Shown: positions 1 through 10,985 of the stretch, piece by piece | Layout: each line of letters starts with the position of its first letter | How positions within the stretch are numbered: the stretch's first letter is position 1 | Assembly (NCBI GenBank): GCA_051531975.1 | Contig: JAOPTT010000002.1 | Location: forward strand, 377,968 to 441,967 | DNA length: 64,000 nucleotides | From: Spirochaetaceae bacterium | GTDB taxonomy: Bacteria; Spirochaetota; Spirochaetia; DSM-2461 | Reading direction: 5' to 3' | Made by a program: the position numbers and the translations under genes | Notes under the pieces: model-generated | What the model saw: only the letters and a program-made list of their open reading frames with translations | What the model was told of the DNA's origin: nothing | Database searches by the model: none

Positions 1-306
1 GCAAAAAGAGGTGTTATGTCAGCGGCTCAAATTATCTCTTCTCAGCACCATGAAAAGTGGAATGGAAATGGTTACCCTCTTGGATTAAAAGGTGAAGAAA
101 TACATGTTTATGCACGAATTGTGGGATTAGCCGATGTAGTTGAAGCTTTAACAAATAAACGATCTTATGGAGAGCCTTGGGATATGAAAAAGGTCATCGA
201 TTTAATTAAAGAAGAGAAAGGTCAACAGTTTGACCCGGAAGTTGTTGATGCATTTTTGGATTCTATAGATGAGATAAAAGCTATTAAATTAAAATATGGT
301 GTTTAA
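1..306 (+). CDS. HD-GYP domain phosphodiesterase, C-terminal part (gene begins upstream of the window)
   Basis: HHEKWNGNGYP, ARIVGLADVVEAL and GQQFDP motifs of HD-GYP proteins; the frame is open from position 1. Confidence 0.9.
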   Translation, partial: AKRGVMSAAQIISSQHHEKWNGNGYPLGLKGEEIHVYARIVGLADVVEALTNKRSYGEPWDMKKVIDLIKEEKGQQFDPEVVDAFLDSIDEIKAIKLKYGV

Positions 307-371
307 GAAGACTTTCTCTGAGTATACCATTGAATGAAAATGTACGTAATGTTGGTATTGCCATATTTAGT

Positions 372-1385
372 CTATTGCAGTTCATAGTATGTTGTGGACT
401 GCCTTTCAATTAAACTACTATTTACAATTACACCTGTTGGTTTAAAATCTTCAATTTCAAGATTCTCAATTAATAATTTAGCAGCATTCTCACCTAACTC
501 ATCAGCATTAATCTCTACAGTTGTTAGAGTTGGAGTTAAATAAGTAGAACGGGGAGTGTTATTAAAACCTGTAACCATAACATTTTGTATTTTTTTATCT
601 TTTATAGCACTTAATACACCAAATGAGAACAGATCATCTGTGGTTACAACTGCATCTATCTCTTTAGGTATAAGTTCTATCATAGACTTATATCCATTTT
701 CTTCGGTAAAATTATCATAAAAAAAGTGTGTCTTTACATCTGTATTAATATTGTTATCTTCTAATGCTCTTAAATAACCAGCATATCTATCCTTTGTTAC
801 CCTTAATGTTTTTGCTCCACCAATAAAACATATTCTTTTTTTCCCTTTTTTAATTAAACTATTTACTACTTCGTACATAGCATCTGTATTGTTATTATCT
901 ACCCAATTAATATCTTTAGAATTATCTGAAGATCCAATGATAACAAAAGGAAATTTTTGAGATTTTAAATATGAGATACATTTATCATTTTCGTATGCAT
1001 TTAACAAAACAATACCAGAAACCCAGCCACTTCTAATATATTTTTCAATAAACTTAACTTCTTCCACATCATCATTAGAGAAAGAGTACATTAAAAAGTA
1101 TCCTTTCTTTTGAGCATAGATACTTATTCCACGCATTGCATTTACAAAGAATGTATTTTTAAATAGATCATCAGAGTTATTTGGTAGAACAATGCCAATT
1201 GTTTTTGTTGGTTTACCTGCTAAAGAACTTGCCATAACATTAGGATGATAACCTAAGTTATCTATAGCTTTGTTTACCCTATCTTTAGTCTCTTTAGTTA
1301 TTTTTGGGTTATTATGCAGTACTCTTGATACAGTTGATTGTGAAACTTTAGCCTCTTTAGCGACCTCTTTAATTGTAACTCTCAT
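372..1385 (-). CDS. LacI family transcriptional regulator (MalR-like)
   Basis: N-terminal TIKEVAKEAKVSQSTVSRVL HTH plus a sugar-binding domain; divergent from maltose genes. Confidence 0.93.
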   Translation of the reverse strand: MRVTIKEVAKEAKVSQSTVSRVLHNNPKITKETKDRVNKAIDNLGYHPNVMASSLAGKPTKTIGIVLPNNSDDLFKNTFFVNAMRGISIYAQKKGYFLMYSFSNDDVEEVKFIEKYIRSGWVSGIVLLNAYENDKCISYLKSQKFPFVIIGSSDNSKDINWVDNNNTDAMYEVVNSLIKKGKKRICFIGGAKTLRVTKDRYAGYLRALEDNNINTDVKTHFFYDNFTEENGYKSMIELIPKEIDAVVTTDDLFSFGVLSAIKDKKIQNVMVTGFNNTPRSTYLTPTLTTVEINADELGENAAKLLIENLEIEDFKPTGVIVNSSLIERQSTTYYELQ

Positions 1386-1457
1386 TTCAAAAGATTCTCA
1401 TAGATAGGGCAACAATGCAATAAAAAATAAATAATTGCCCAATTTAAGACTTGATAA

Positions 1458-1486
1458 TTGACGATTACAAATATTAGTTGTATAAA
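1458..1486 (+). promoter_or_regulatory. sigma70 promoter of the pgmB-maltose phosphorylase operon
   Basis: TTGACG (1458-1463), 17-nt spacer, TATAAA (1481-1486). Confidence 0.7.
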
Positions 1487-1490
1487 TAAC

Positions 1491-1508
1491 TGTGCAAGCG
1501 ATTGCACA
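1491..1508. promoter_or_regulatory. LacI-type operator
   Basis: Near-perfect palindrome TGTGCAAGCGATTGCACA with central CG, directly after the -10 box. Confidence 0.85.
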
Positions 1509-1526
1509 ATACCTAGGAGAAATAAA

Positions 1527-2165
1527 ATGAAGGCCGTAATATTCGATTTAGATGGTGTTATTGTAGATACCGCAAAGTACCACTATCTGGCATGGGGGAA
1601 TCTAGCAAAAGAGTTAGGTTTTGTATTCACAGAAAATGATAACGAAAGATTAAAAGGTGTTTCTAGAGTAAGATCTTTAGAAATACTGTTAGAAATTGGA
1701 AATATAACTCTGTCAGAAGAAGATTTTAATAGATATGCTACCAAAAAGAATGAAGAGTATGTAAACCTTATAGAACAATTAACACCAAACGATATCCTAC
1801 CAGGAGTTAAAGATTTTATTGCTCTACTTAAAATGAATAATTATCTAATTTCTTTAGGTTCTGCGAGTAAAAATGCAGTTTTTATATTAAATCATTTAGG
1901 ATTAACTAAAGATTTTGATGTTATTGTTGATGGTACAAATGTTAATAAGGCAAAACCTGACCCTGAAGTATTTTTAGTTGCAGCAAAAAAGTTAGGTGTC
2001 CCGGCATCTGAGTGTGTTGTCTTTGAAGATGCAGTTGCAGGAGTTGAAGCTGGTAAAAATGCTTTAATGAGAGTAATTGGTGTTGGGCAACCTGATGTAT
2101 TAACTGGAGCTGATTTGGTTATATCAACTTTTGAAAACCTAACTTTAACATGTTTGGAGGCTTAA
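1527..2165 (+). CDS. pgmB: beta-phosphoglucomutase
   Basis: HAD motifs FDLDGVIVDT, KPDPEVF and VFEDA; start moved to ATG 1527 after the AGGAG RBS. Confidence 0.93.
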   Translation: MKAVIFDLDGVIVDTAKYHYLAWGNLAKELGFVFTENDNERLKGVSRVRSLEILLEIGNITLSEEDFNRYATKKNEEYVNLIEQLTPNDILPGVKDFIALLKMNNYLISLGSASKNAVFILNHLGLTKDFDVIVDGTNVNKAKPDPEVFLVAAKKLGVPASECVVFEDAVAGVEAGKNALMRVIGVGQPDVLTGADLVISTFENLTLTCLEA

Positions 2166-2166
2166 T

Positions 2167-4461
2167 ATGGAAAAATATCTTGTAGAGAAACCTTGGAGAA
2201 TAGTTGAAGAGGGATTTGATAAGTCTAAAAATAGGTTTTCAGAGAGTGTATTTAGTTTAGGTAACGGATTTATGGGTCTTAGAGGTAACTTTGAAGAGAG
2301 TTATTCTGGAGATATGATGAACGGGACCTATCTAGCTGGAGTATATTATCCTGATAAAACTAGAGTTGGTTGGTGGAAAAATGGTTACCCTGAATATTTT
2401 GCTAAAGTATTAAACTCTACAAACTGGATTGGAATTAACATAGAAGTTGAACATGAGATGTTAGACCTTAACAAGTGTGAAATTTCTGCTTTTAGCAGAG
2501 AACTAGATATGGAAAAAGGGATATTAAAAAGAACCTTTACTGCTGTACTTTCTAACAATAACAAAATATCTGTAGAGACAACCAGATTTGTAAGCATGGA
2601 AAGAAACCAAATTGGTGCTATTTCTTATTCAATAAAATCACTTTCAAAAGATACTATGTTAAAAATTACTCCATATTTAGATGGGAATGTTCATAATGAA
2701 GATTCAAATTATGATGAATACTTTTGGGAACATAAAGGACAAGAATCCATAGCAGATAGGTCTTTTGTTAATTTAATGACTAAAAAAACTGAATTCTACT
2801 CTACAACCGGTATGAGCTTTGAGATTTTAAAAGATGGGGAAATGGAAAACATTTCTAGAAAAACGTCTGAGGTTCCAGGATATATAGAGCAAAATATTAC
2901 AACAAATTGTAAAAAAGGTCAGACTGTAACAATTAATAAATATGTATCTTGTGTTACTTCTAGAGACCATGAAGTTTCAGAATTAACTAAAGTATGTAAT
3001 AAAAATGTAGAGTCTGCTGAACTTAGTGGTTATGCAGTCCTAGAGAAAGAGCACATAGAAAAGTGGAGCCATATTTGGCAGACATGTGATGTTCAAATTG
3101 AAGGTTCAGTCTCTGCACAACAGGGTATCAGATTTAATATTTTTAACATGATGCAAACATATACTGGAGTAGATAGCAGACTAAACATAGGTCCAAAAGG
3201 ATTTACAGGAGAGAAGTATGGAGGAAGTACTTATTGGGATACAGAAGCTTACTGTATACCATTTTATTTAAGTACTACATCTGAAGATATTTCTAAGAAC
3301 CTTTTAATATACCGTTATAAACAACTTGATAAAGCGATCGAAAACGCTACAAAACTTGGTTTTACTGGTGGTGCTGCACTATTTCCTATGGTGACAATGA
3401 ATGGTGAAGAGTGCCATAATGAGTGGGAAATTACATTTGAAGAGATACATAGAAATGGTGCTATATTATATGGGATTTATACTTATATTCAAAAAACTAT
3501 GGATAAGGAATATCTTGCAGATTACGGTTTAGAGGTTCTTGTTGCAGTTTCTAGATTCTGGGCACAGAGAGTTAACTACTCAAAACAGAAGAATCAGTAT
3601 GTAATGTTAGGAGTCACAGGGCCGAATGAATATGAAAATAACGTAAATAATAACTGGTATTCAAATAAAATAGCCTCTTGGTCACTAAAATATACATTAG
3701 AATGTTTAGATTGGGTCAAAGATAACCACAAAGATAAATATGACAAAGTTATAGCTAAAATAAGTTTAACAACAAAGGAAACGGATAAGTTTAGCGAAGT
3801 TGCAAATAATATCTATTTACCAGAACAGGATGGGATATTTTTACAACAAGATGGATTTCTAGACAAAGATATTGTTAATGTTGATGATTTAAACAAATCT
3901 GAGAGACCAATAAACCAGAACTGGTCATGGGATAGAATTTTAAGATCATCTTGCATTAAACAAGCTGATGTTCTACAAGGTCTATATTTTTTCGAAGATG
4001 AATATACAGATAAACAACACATGGAGAACTTTAAGTTCTACGAGCCATTAACTGTTCACGAGTCATCATTATCCCCATGTGTTCATGGTATTTTAGCTTC
4101 TAAACTAGGATTAGAAGAGAAGGCATATGAAATGTATCTTAGAACTGCAAGATTGGATCTAGATAATTATAATAACGATACAGAAGATGGTTGCCATATA
4201 ACGAGTATGGCTGGAACATGGATGTCTATAGTACATGGTTTTGGTGGGTTAAGGTACAATGAAGGAATTATTACACTATCCCCTACCATACCTAGCGCTT
4301 GGCAATCGTATAATTTTAAAATTGCTGATAGAGGTGCCATAATATCTGTACATGTAACAAAAAAAGATATTTTAATACTCTCTGATTCTGATAGAGAAAT
4401 TACGATTTCAGGTATAACACATAGTATTGTAGCAGGTACAAAAAACAGTATAGCTTTATAA
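2167..4461 (+). CDS. GH65 maltose phosphorylase
   Basis: SLGNGFMGLRG, IGPKGFTGEKYGGSTYWDTE, KQADV and HESSLS motifs; adjacent to pgmB. Confidence 0.92.
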   Translation: MEKYLVEKPWRIVEEGFDKSKNRFSESVFSLGNGFMGLRGNFEESYSGDMMNGTYLAGVYYPDKTRVGWWKNGYPEYFAKVLNSTNWIGINIEVEHEMLDLNKCEISAFSRELDMEKGILKRTFTAVLSNNNKISVETTRFVSMERNQIGAISYSIKSLSKDTMLKITPYLDGNVHNEDSNYDEYFWEHKGQESIADRSFVNLMTKKTEFYSTTGMSFEILKDGEMENISRKTSEVPGYIEQNITTNCKKGQTVTINKYVSCVTSRDHEVSELTKVCNKNVESAELSGYAVLEKEHIEKWSHIWQTCDVQIEGSVSAQQGIRFNIFNMMQTYTGVDSRLNIGPKGFTGEKYGGSTYWDTEAYCIPFYLSTTSEDISKNLLIYRYKQLDKAIENATKLGFTGGAALFPMVTMNGEECHNEWEITFEEIHRNGAILYGIYTYIQKTMDKEYLADYGLEVLVAVSRFWAQRVNYSKQKNQYVMLGVTGPNEYENNVNNNWYSNKIASWSLKYTLECLDWVKDNHKDKYDKVIAKISLTTKETDKFSEVANNIYLPEQDGIFLQQDGFLDKDIVNVDDLNKSERPINQNWSWDRILRSSCIKQADVLQGLYFFEDEYTDKQHMENFKFYEPLTVHESSLSPCVHGILASKLGLEEKAYEMYLRTARLDLDNYNNDTEDGCHITSMAGTWMSIVHGFGGLRYNEGIITLSPTIPSAWQSYNFKIADRGAIISVHVTKKDILILSDSDREITISGITHSIVAGTKNSIAL

Positions 4462-4467
4462 AATAAG

Positions 4468-4494
4468 AAGCTCCCTTAAATAGGGAGCTTTTTT
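4468..4494 (+). terminator. intrinsic terminator between convergent genes
   Basis: AAGCTCCCT-taaat-AGGGAGCTT followed by a T run. Confidence 0.8.
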
Positions 4495-4708
4495 ATGCTT
4501 CTTTAACTTCTTTAACTTCTTTAATTATTGCAGAGATGTTTTCTTTACATCTAGTTCCTTTACAAGAACCTGTTGTCGCTCTAGTTCTTCTTTTAACGTC
4601 TTCTACAGTGGATGCGCCATTTTTTACAGCATCTATAATAGTGCCTTTTGATATAGAACGGCATAGACATACCTTTTTATATCTGTTCTTAATTTCTTCT
4701 TCTGTCAT
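4493..4708 (-). CDS. BFD-like [2Fe-2S]-binding protein
   Basis: VCLC...TTGSCKGTRC cysteine pattern; 71 aa. Confidence 0.85.
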   Translation of the reverse strand: MTEEEIKNRYKKVCLCRSISKGTIIDAVKNGASTVEDVKRRTRATTGSCKGTRCKENISAIIKEVKEVKEA

Positions 4709-4840
4709 ATAAAGCCTTCTTATTTGTAGTAATTGTTACTATTAAGCTATATGTTAAATAAAATTTAATCAATATAAAACTAGAAATTCTCGTAATTTAT
4801 GCTATTATTTACTAAACAATAAAAAACCAAGGAAGATACA

Positions 4841-6712
4841 TTGAAGATTCAACACAAAGCCAGGATGATAATATCCATATCAACTATAGCATTTACTCTT
4901 GCAAATGTGATCACTTTTTTTACTATAACTAAGATCTCCAATAAGCTTAATACAGGTTTTTTGCAAGTGAGTTTAATTGAAGTTGTAATAATGCTCCTTG
5001 TTGTAAATTTAGTTTTTACACCCCTTATAAAATCATATAACACAGATATCCCAGAGTTGGATAATAATCCAGAAGGTTATAAAGATTATATAAATAAGTT
5101 AGGAGGTGTTCCACTTAGAGGTTTATTACTATTTTTAATAACTACTATAATAGCATTAGTTATAATGAATACATTTCTAAAAGCCCAGGGTGTTCCTAAA
5201 GCAATTGCTAACGCATATTTAGGAGTTATGAGTGCTATTGGTATGTTATCCTCATCTTACATATATGTACTAAACGACAAACTTGTTTCTGAGTGTCTTT
5301 TAAATAATGGAATAAATGACTATCCCAAGGGGATCAAATCTAATAGACAAAAAATTAAAAGTGTAATTATTCCAACATTTATTGGTCTAATGTCTACAAT
5401 GTCTACTTTCTTTTTACTATTTATATCCTTAACAAACCTACCAAAAGATACAGAGGACATTCTAGGTCATGTTGTAAAATCAACTCTACCCCCTCTTTCA
5501 ATAATTCTAATTATTATAACAATTTTAGTTATTATGTGGTCTAATTCTACATCTGCTCTTTTTACAAATATAAATGGTCGATTAAAAGATATGATATCCC
5601 AAGATAAAGACTTAACTAAAAGAATTACAATATCATCTGTTGATGAACTTGGGCTAATTAGTGACAGAGTTAATAGATTCTCTGATTTAATTGGTGAACA
5701 TATGACAGAGACTAGGGAGATGTTTGTAGTTCAGAATCAATATCATGATGAGCTATTTGATAGCATTTGTAAATCTACTGAAAATGTTCATGAGATTGAC
5801 GAAAAGATAGATGAAACAATAAAACTTGTCGAAAAGAATGACAATATCGTTACATTAACTCTAACAACAGGAAAAGAGTTAATTAAAAACAGTGGTAATG
5901 TAGCAACACAAGTTGAGAGTCAAACGGTTAACGTAGCAGAGTCTTCTGCCGCAGTAGAAGAGATGATTGCATCTGTAAGAGAGGTAACAAAAAGAACTGG
6001 TGTTGTAAGAGAAAGAACAAATGCTTTAACTGGAGATTTTAATAGTGGGCAGACTAAGATAAAAGAGACTATAAAATCAGTAAGTAATGTAGTTGTTTTA
6101 TCTAACTCATTAATGGATATAAACACAGTAATTACTGGAATAGCGGCTAGGACAAATCTATTAGCAATGAATGCAGCAATTGAGGCTGCCCATGCAGGAG
6201 AAGCTGGTCGAGGATTTTCAGTTGTTGCCGATGAGATCAGAAAATTGGCTGAGAATACTGCTAGCCAAACTAAAACAAGTACAGCAAACCTTAAAGAGAT
6301 ATTAAAAGAGATTAATAACTCATTAACTATTGCAACAGATACAGGAAAGTCTTTTGATATAATGAAAAACAGCCTATCGGTAGTAGAGAATGAGACTTAC
6401 TCAATTGCAGAAGCTATGGAAGAGCACGACAAAGCTAATAATGAAGTATTAGGTCAGTTAACTGAAACTAATGAATTAGCGATTAAATTAAATGAACTCT
6501 CATCAAAATTAACATATCAAGGGAACTCAATGCTTGAGTATTTAGAGGAACTTGAGAAATCTTCCCATCAGTCTCTTAAAAATGCTCGAGATATCAAAGA
6601 GTTTAATGAACAGGTAACCCATGCTATGCAGGACTTAAATGAAATATCCTTAAAAACAGATGAGACTAATAAAAAAACTATGGAGTTAGTTAACGAATTT
6701 AAGGTTGAATAA
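4841..6712 (+). CDS. methyl-accepting chemotaxis protein with a multi-TM N-terminal region
   Basis: About 6 TM segments, a HAMP-like DLTKRI..DELG segment, [37 protein letters not shown] start with AGGA RBS. Confidence 0.93.
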   Translation: MKIQHKARMIISISTIAFTLANVITFFTITKISNKLNTGFLQVSLIEVVIMLLVVNLVFTPLIKSYNTDIPELDNNPEGYKDYINKLGGVPLRGLLLFLITTIIALVIMNTFLKAQGVPKAIANAYLGVMSAIGMLSSSYIYVLNDKLVSECLLNNGINDYPKGIKSNRQKIKSVIIPTFIGLMSTMSTFFLLFISLTNLPKDTEDILGHVVKSTLPPLSIILIIITILVIMWSNSTSALFTNINGRLKDMISQDKDLTKRITISSVDELGLISDRVNRFSDLIGEHMTETREMFVVQNQYHDELFDSICKSTENVHEIDEKIDETIKLVEKNDNIVTLTLTTGKELIKNSGNVATQVESQTVNVAESSAAVEEMIASVREVTKRTGVVRERTNALTGDFNSGQTKIKETIKSVSNVVVLSNSLMDINTVITGIAARTNLLAMNAAIEAAHAGEAGRGFSVVADEIRKLAENTASQTKTSTANLKEILKEINNSLTIATDTGKSFDIMKNSLSVVENETYSIAEAMEEHDKANNEVLGQLTETNELAIKLNELSSKLTYQGNSMLEYLEELEKSSHQSLKNARDIKEFNEQVTHAMQDLNEISLKTDETNKKTMELVNEFKVE

Positions 6713-6719
6713 TAAAATC

Positions 6720-7613
6720 TTAAATTAGTTTATACAAGACCATCGCTGCAGCTAATAAAACTACAATTGCAAAATATTTTTTTAGCTTGGCAGCATGTAG
6801 TTTTTGGCCAATTCTAATACCTGTTTGTATCCCAATAGCACTTGCAATTAAAAGTGATAAAGCAATTCCTAAACTGATTTTACCAGGACCTGAAAAGCCT
6901 TTTTTTATTACTGCAACAACTGATGCAACTAATACAACTCCTAAACTAGTACCTGTAGCAACACTACCTGCTAAACCTACACCTAAAACTAATAAAGGTG
7001 TAAAAAGAACTCCGCCACTAATTCCAAGTAGACCTGTGAGTATTCCACCAATTAAACCAATCAAAATAAGACCAGAGATACTTAATCCATTTATTCCAGA
7101 TTGTACTAAATCAACTCTTGGTCCAATAGGAAACTTTTGTAGTAGAAGCTTTTTATCACTACGTTCATGTGGAGTAAAAAACATTATCCCTGCAATGATT
7201 ATAAGCAGTATAAAAAACACTGTTAGTGTAATTTGTTCAAAATAAGCTTGGTTACCATTTGCTACAGATGATAATAGAAAATTTTGTAATACATCACCTA
7301 AAATTGCTCCAATAGAACTACCCATTGCAATAAATAGAAATACTTTAAACTCTACGTTTCCATTTTTAAGTTGCTTTATGAATCCAGTACTACTTGTACC
7401 AATTATATAACATGTAGCACTTCCTCCAGCAACTTCTATTGGTATGCCTAATGCAATATTCATAAGTGGGACTAATAAGAAGCCTCCTCCTACGCCAAAC
7501 AGTCCAGCTAATAGACCTACACCAATACCTAAGCCTGCTAATACCAAAAACAGAGTTATACCTGAATAGTTCGCTGTAAAAGCTGGAAATATATAACTTA
7601 AAATGTCTTCCAT
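6720..7613 (-). CDS. TauE/SafE (TSUP) family exporter
   Basis: Two GLFGVGGG / GLLGISGG half-motifs and many TM helices; start estimated at ATG 7613. Confidence 0.88.
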   Translation of the reverse strand: MEDILSYIFPAFTANYSGITLFLVLAGLGIGVGLLAGLFGVGGGFLLVPLMNIALGIPIEVAGGSATCYIIGTSSTGFIKQLKNGNVEFKVFLFIAMGSSIGAILGDVLQNFLLSSVANGNQAYFEQITLTVFFILLIIIAGIMFFTPHERSDKKLLLQKFPIGPRVDLVQSGINGLSISGLILIGLIGGILTGLLGISGGVLFTPLLVLGVGLAGSVATGTSLGVVLVASVVAVIKKGFSGPGKISLGIALSLLIASAIGIQTGIRIGQKLHAAKLKKYFAIVVLLAAAMVLYKLI

Positions 7614-7724
7614 ATTATTTAATATCCTTTTTAAACTTATCAAAAAAACCTAATACAGGAACCATTATGAACCCAAATATAAGAGGAACCAAAACCATTA
7701 ATAATACAGATATTATCTTATACA

Positions 7725-8747
7725 TTATCTCTTCCTTAATTTTTTATAGTAAAAATTTCTTAACTTTTCAACAAAGTTAAATAACCCAGCTAATGCAGAT
7801 AGATTATAATCATAACAGCCTAATCGGTGTATAATTTCTCCTCCAAAACCGGTTTTGAATCTATATAAACCATACATTGGATGATCTTTATCGTTTACTG
7901 GAGGTATTCCACAAAAGTCATAGGATTTACACCCTAAACTTTTAACAGTTTGTATAGCTTGCCATTGTAACAAATAAGCGGGCATTAAATTTCTTTTATT
8001 ATTTGATGAGGCACCATATAAATACGTAGCACTATCACCACAAATCATAACAAATATTCCGGCTAATAGTTCACCTTCGTATTCTGCAAAAAATAGCTTC
8101 ATATCTACATGTTCACTATCTTTAGCTCTGGTATAAACAGACTGATAATAATCTTTAGAGTGGATTGCTATAGAGTCTCTTTTCGCTGTGATTTTATACA
8201 TGTGATACCAAGCATCAAGTTCTGATATATTTGCTTCTCTAATAGTGACAGCTTTTTTACCAGCTAATTTAATGTTGTACCGAGTCTTTTTATGCATTTT
8301 AGCTAAAAGTTCATCCTCAGTTCCTGATAAGTCTAAAATTGTAGTATCTGGAACCTGAATATCGACAGTAGATTTGCTTAAACCCTTTAGAGGTTTTGGA
8401 TAAACATCACCAACAGTCCCAGCCAATAAATCGTATCTAATTAATAGCGTACCTTTAGGAAGATACTGCTTTAAACTTTTTGATAACTCAGTTAGGTTTT
8501 CTGTAGTAGATATATCCTGGGATGGTCCATGGGGAATATAAGCTAAAGATAGACCTTTAAAAATAGGTCTTAACATTACAACTAACCCCTGAACTGAACC
8601 AGCTACAGTAACTGCAAAAAAGTAGGGTTTAAATCCGTATTCTTCTTTAAGTTCTGCCCAAAACTGAGTTTGCATGAAGTTTGATCCGTAAAAAAGAGCT
8701 TGATGGTTACCAAGCTCTTCTCTTTTAATAGGTGTAACAGTTAACAA
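7725..8747 (-). CDS. FemABX/MurM family peptidoglycan bridge aminoacyltransferase
   Basis: FMQTQFWAELK, YIPHGP, KKTRYNIKLA and GLYRFKTGFGG motifs; TTG start abuts the metG stop. Confidence 0.9.
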   Translation of the reverse strand: MLTVTPIKREELGNHQALFYGSNFMQTQFWAELKEEYGFKPYFFAVTVAGSVQGLVVMLRPIFKGLSLAYIPHGPSQDISTTENLTELSKSLKQYLPKGTLLIRYDLLAGTVGDVYPKPLKGLSKSTVDIQVPDTTILDLSGTEDELLAKMHKKTRYNIKLAGKKAVTIREANISELDAWYHMYKITAKRDSIAIHSKDYYQSVYTRAKDSEHVDMKLFFAEYEGELLAGIFVMICGDSATYLYGASSNNKRNLMPAYLLQWQAIQTVKSLGCKSYDFCGIPPVNDKDHPMYGLYRFKTGFGGEIIHRLGCYDYNLSALAGLFNFVEKLRNFYYKKLRKR

Positions 8748-10907
8748 CTATCCAACCTCACCATTTTTAACAACTGATGTTGTAAGAACTTTACCATTAC
8801 AAACTAATGGAGTATTACCTACAGTAACTATACCATCCACAGTTTTTAGTGGTATATCAAAAAAGGCATTAACTTTTATTCTTTTAGGATATGGGTAAAC
8901 TTTAAAGTCTTCGCCTTGTAACGCTACTCTGTCACCTGGTTCTGTATCATCTAAAAAGATTACTTCAATATTATCTTTTGAGTCACTAGCAGCTAATAAC
9001 ATTCCTTGGCTTTTTACACCACGAAGGTTTGCTGGTTTAAGGTTGTAAACTAGAACTACTGTTTTACCTATAAGTTCCTCTTTTGTATAGTTAGATTTAA
9101 TCCCTGAAACTATAGTTCTTTGATGATCTACACCTGTTTCCACTGTTTCAATATAAAGCTTATCTGCTTCTGGGTGATCATCCACAGCTATAATTTTTCC
9201 AGCTCTTAAATCTATTTTATCCCTAAACTGCTCTTCTTGAGTTAACTCTTTTGCAGCTCGTTCAGCTTGGGAGCCAGCATATTTTTCCCTTAACTCTTCG
9301 ATTTTTTTATTTTCAATCTTAGAAAAAAGTATCTCAGGTTTTGATATTGTAGTTATACCTTCCAGTTTTCCTAAATCTGACCATTTCAGATCTGATAAAC
9401 CTAAAAATGATAAAATCCTTTTAGATGTACCAGGCATATATGGTTCAATTAAAATAGCTAAATCTTTAACAAGATAGATTAAGTTTTTTAATAGTTTTGC
9501 AGCAGCCTCTGGGTCTTCTGTTCTTGTTCTCCATGGCTCACCATCTTGGAAAGCTTTGTTTCCAACTGATGATAAGTGGAATATCTCTTTAAAGGTATCT
9601 CTTAAACTTGCAGTTTCAAATTTTGATGTTATATGTGTCTCTCGTTTTCTAACTTCAGTCCAGAACTCTACATCCTCTGGGGCATCTGGAACTTTTCCAT
9701 CAAAAAATCTAGCTGCAAATGTGAATGTTCTATTAACAAGATTACTTAAGTTACCAATTAATTCGCCATTAACCTTCTCTTGAAAGTCTGACCATGTAAA
9801 CTGTGTATCAGTTTTCTCTGGTCTGATATAAAAGATATAAAATCTCCAAACATCCGCTGGAATTCCTGTATCTTTACAATCGTTACCAAATATTCCTATA
9901 CCTTTACTTTTAGAGAACTTACCATTTTCATAGTTTAAGTACTCAGAAGATGACATGTGATGTAACATTGTCCAGTTCTCACCACTTTCTAACTGTGTAG
10001 ATGGGAATATAACTGTATGGAATGGAATATTATCTTTACCAATAAATTGGAATAGTTCAACGTTATCTGGGTTATACCACCAATCCTTCCAATCATCAAA
10101 TTTATCTGCAGTTATAGAAACATAACCTATTGGAGCATCGAACCAAACATAAAATACTTTATCTTCGAAACCCTCTTTAGGTACGGGAATTCCCCACTTT
10201 AAATCCCTTGTTATACTTCTCTCTCTAAGGCCATCTCGTATCCAACTCTTAGTCATTGAAACTGCATTCTTAGCCCAATGACCTTTAACAGAAGCCTCTT
10301 CCATCCACTCTTCTAACTTTGGAAGAATACCTGGTAGATCTAAGTATAAGTGAGTTGTACTTCTTGGTTCTGGAGTGTTGTGACATGTACCACATTTAGG
10401 ATTTATTAGATCTGTAGTTTCTAATAATTTACCACAATCTTCACACTGGTCTCCTGTAGCATTTACCGAGTCACAATGTGGACAAGTACCTTTTACAAAT
10501 CTATCTGCTAAAAACTTTGAACACTCTGTACAAAAGAGTTGAGTTGTTGTTTTCTCATTAATGTAACCAGCTGCATCAACCTTTTTAAATAGGTCTTGTA
10601 CTATATCGTGATGTACCTGGTTTGATGTTCTTCCAAAATGATCAAAATCTATATTAAACCAGTTATATATATCTGCATGGATGTGATGGAATTTATCGCA
10701 TAACTCTCTAGAAGTCACACCCTCTTGTTGTGCTTTAGTCTCTGTTGCTGTTCCGTGTTCGTCTGTACCACAAACATATAGTGTTTCATAACCATAAGAC
10801 CGACAATATCGGGCAAAGACGTCGGCGGATAAAACTTGAATTAAATTCCCTAAGTGTGGGACATTATTTACATATGGTAGTGCTGATGTTACTAATCTCT
10901 TCTTCAT
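8748..10907 (-). CDS. metG: methionine--tRNA ligase with C-terminal tRNA-binding OB domain
   Basis: TSALPYVNNVPHLGN, two Zn knuckles, YVWFDA, KFSKS and C-terminal SQGMLLAA. Confidence 0.97.
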   Translation of the reverse strand: MKKRLVTSALPYVNNVPHLGNLIQVLSADVFARYCRSYGYETLYVCGTDEHGTATETKAQQEGVTSRELCDKFHHIHADIYNWFNIDFDHFGRTSNQVHHDIVQDLFKKVDAAGYINEKTTTQLFCTECSKFLADRFVKGTCPHCDSVNATGDQCEDCGKLLETTDLINPKCGTCHNTPEPRSTTHLYLDLPGILPKLEEWMEEASVKGHWAKNAVSMTKSWIRDGLRERSITRDLKWGIPVPKEGFEDKVFYVWFDAPIGYVSITADKFDDWKDWWYNPDNVELFQFIGKDNIPFHTVIFPSTQLESGENWTMLHHMSSSEYLNYENGKFSKSKGIGIFGNDCKDTGIPADVWRFYIFYIRPEKTDTQFTWSDFQEKVNGELIGNLSNLVNRTFTFAARFFDGKVPDAPEDVEFWTEVRKRETHITSKFETASLRDTFKEIFHLSSVGNKAFQDGEPWRTRTEDPEAAAKLLKNLIYLVKDLAILIEPYMPGTSKRILSFLGLSDLKWSDLGKLEGITTISKPEILFSKIENKKIEELREKYAGSQAERAAKELTQEEQFRDKIDLRAGKIIAVDDHPEADKLYIETVETGVDHQRTIVSGIKSNYTKEELIGKTVVLVYNLKPANLRGVKSQGMLLAASDSKDNIEVIFLDDTEPGDRVALQGEDFKVYPYPKRIKVNAFFDIPLKTVDGIVTVGNTPLVCNGKVLTTSVVKNGEVG

Positions 10908-10985
10908 GCCCAAATAATACCAAATTTTTATATCCTTGACTATAAGCCTACAGAATATTACTTTTAATATAAGTAAGGAGTTTTT

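Noticed and set aside
7647..7700. AGGAACCA/AACCATTA short repeats upstream of the TauE gene
   Set aside because: Irregular spacing; not distinguishable from chance
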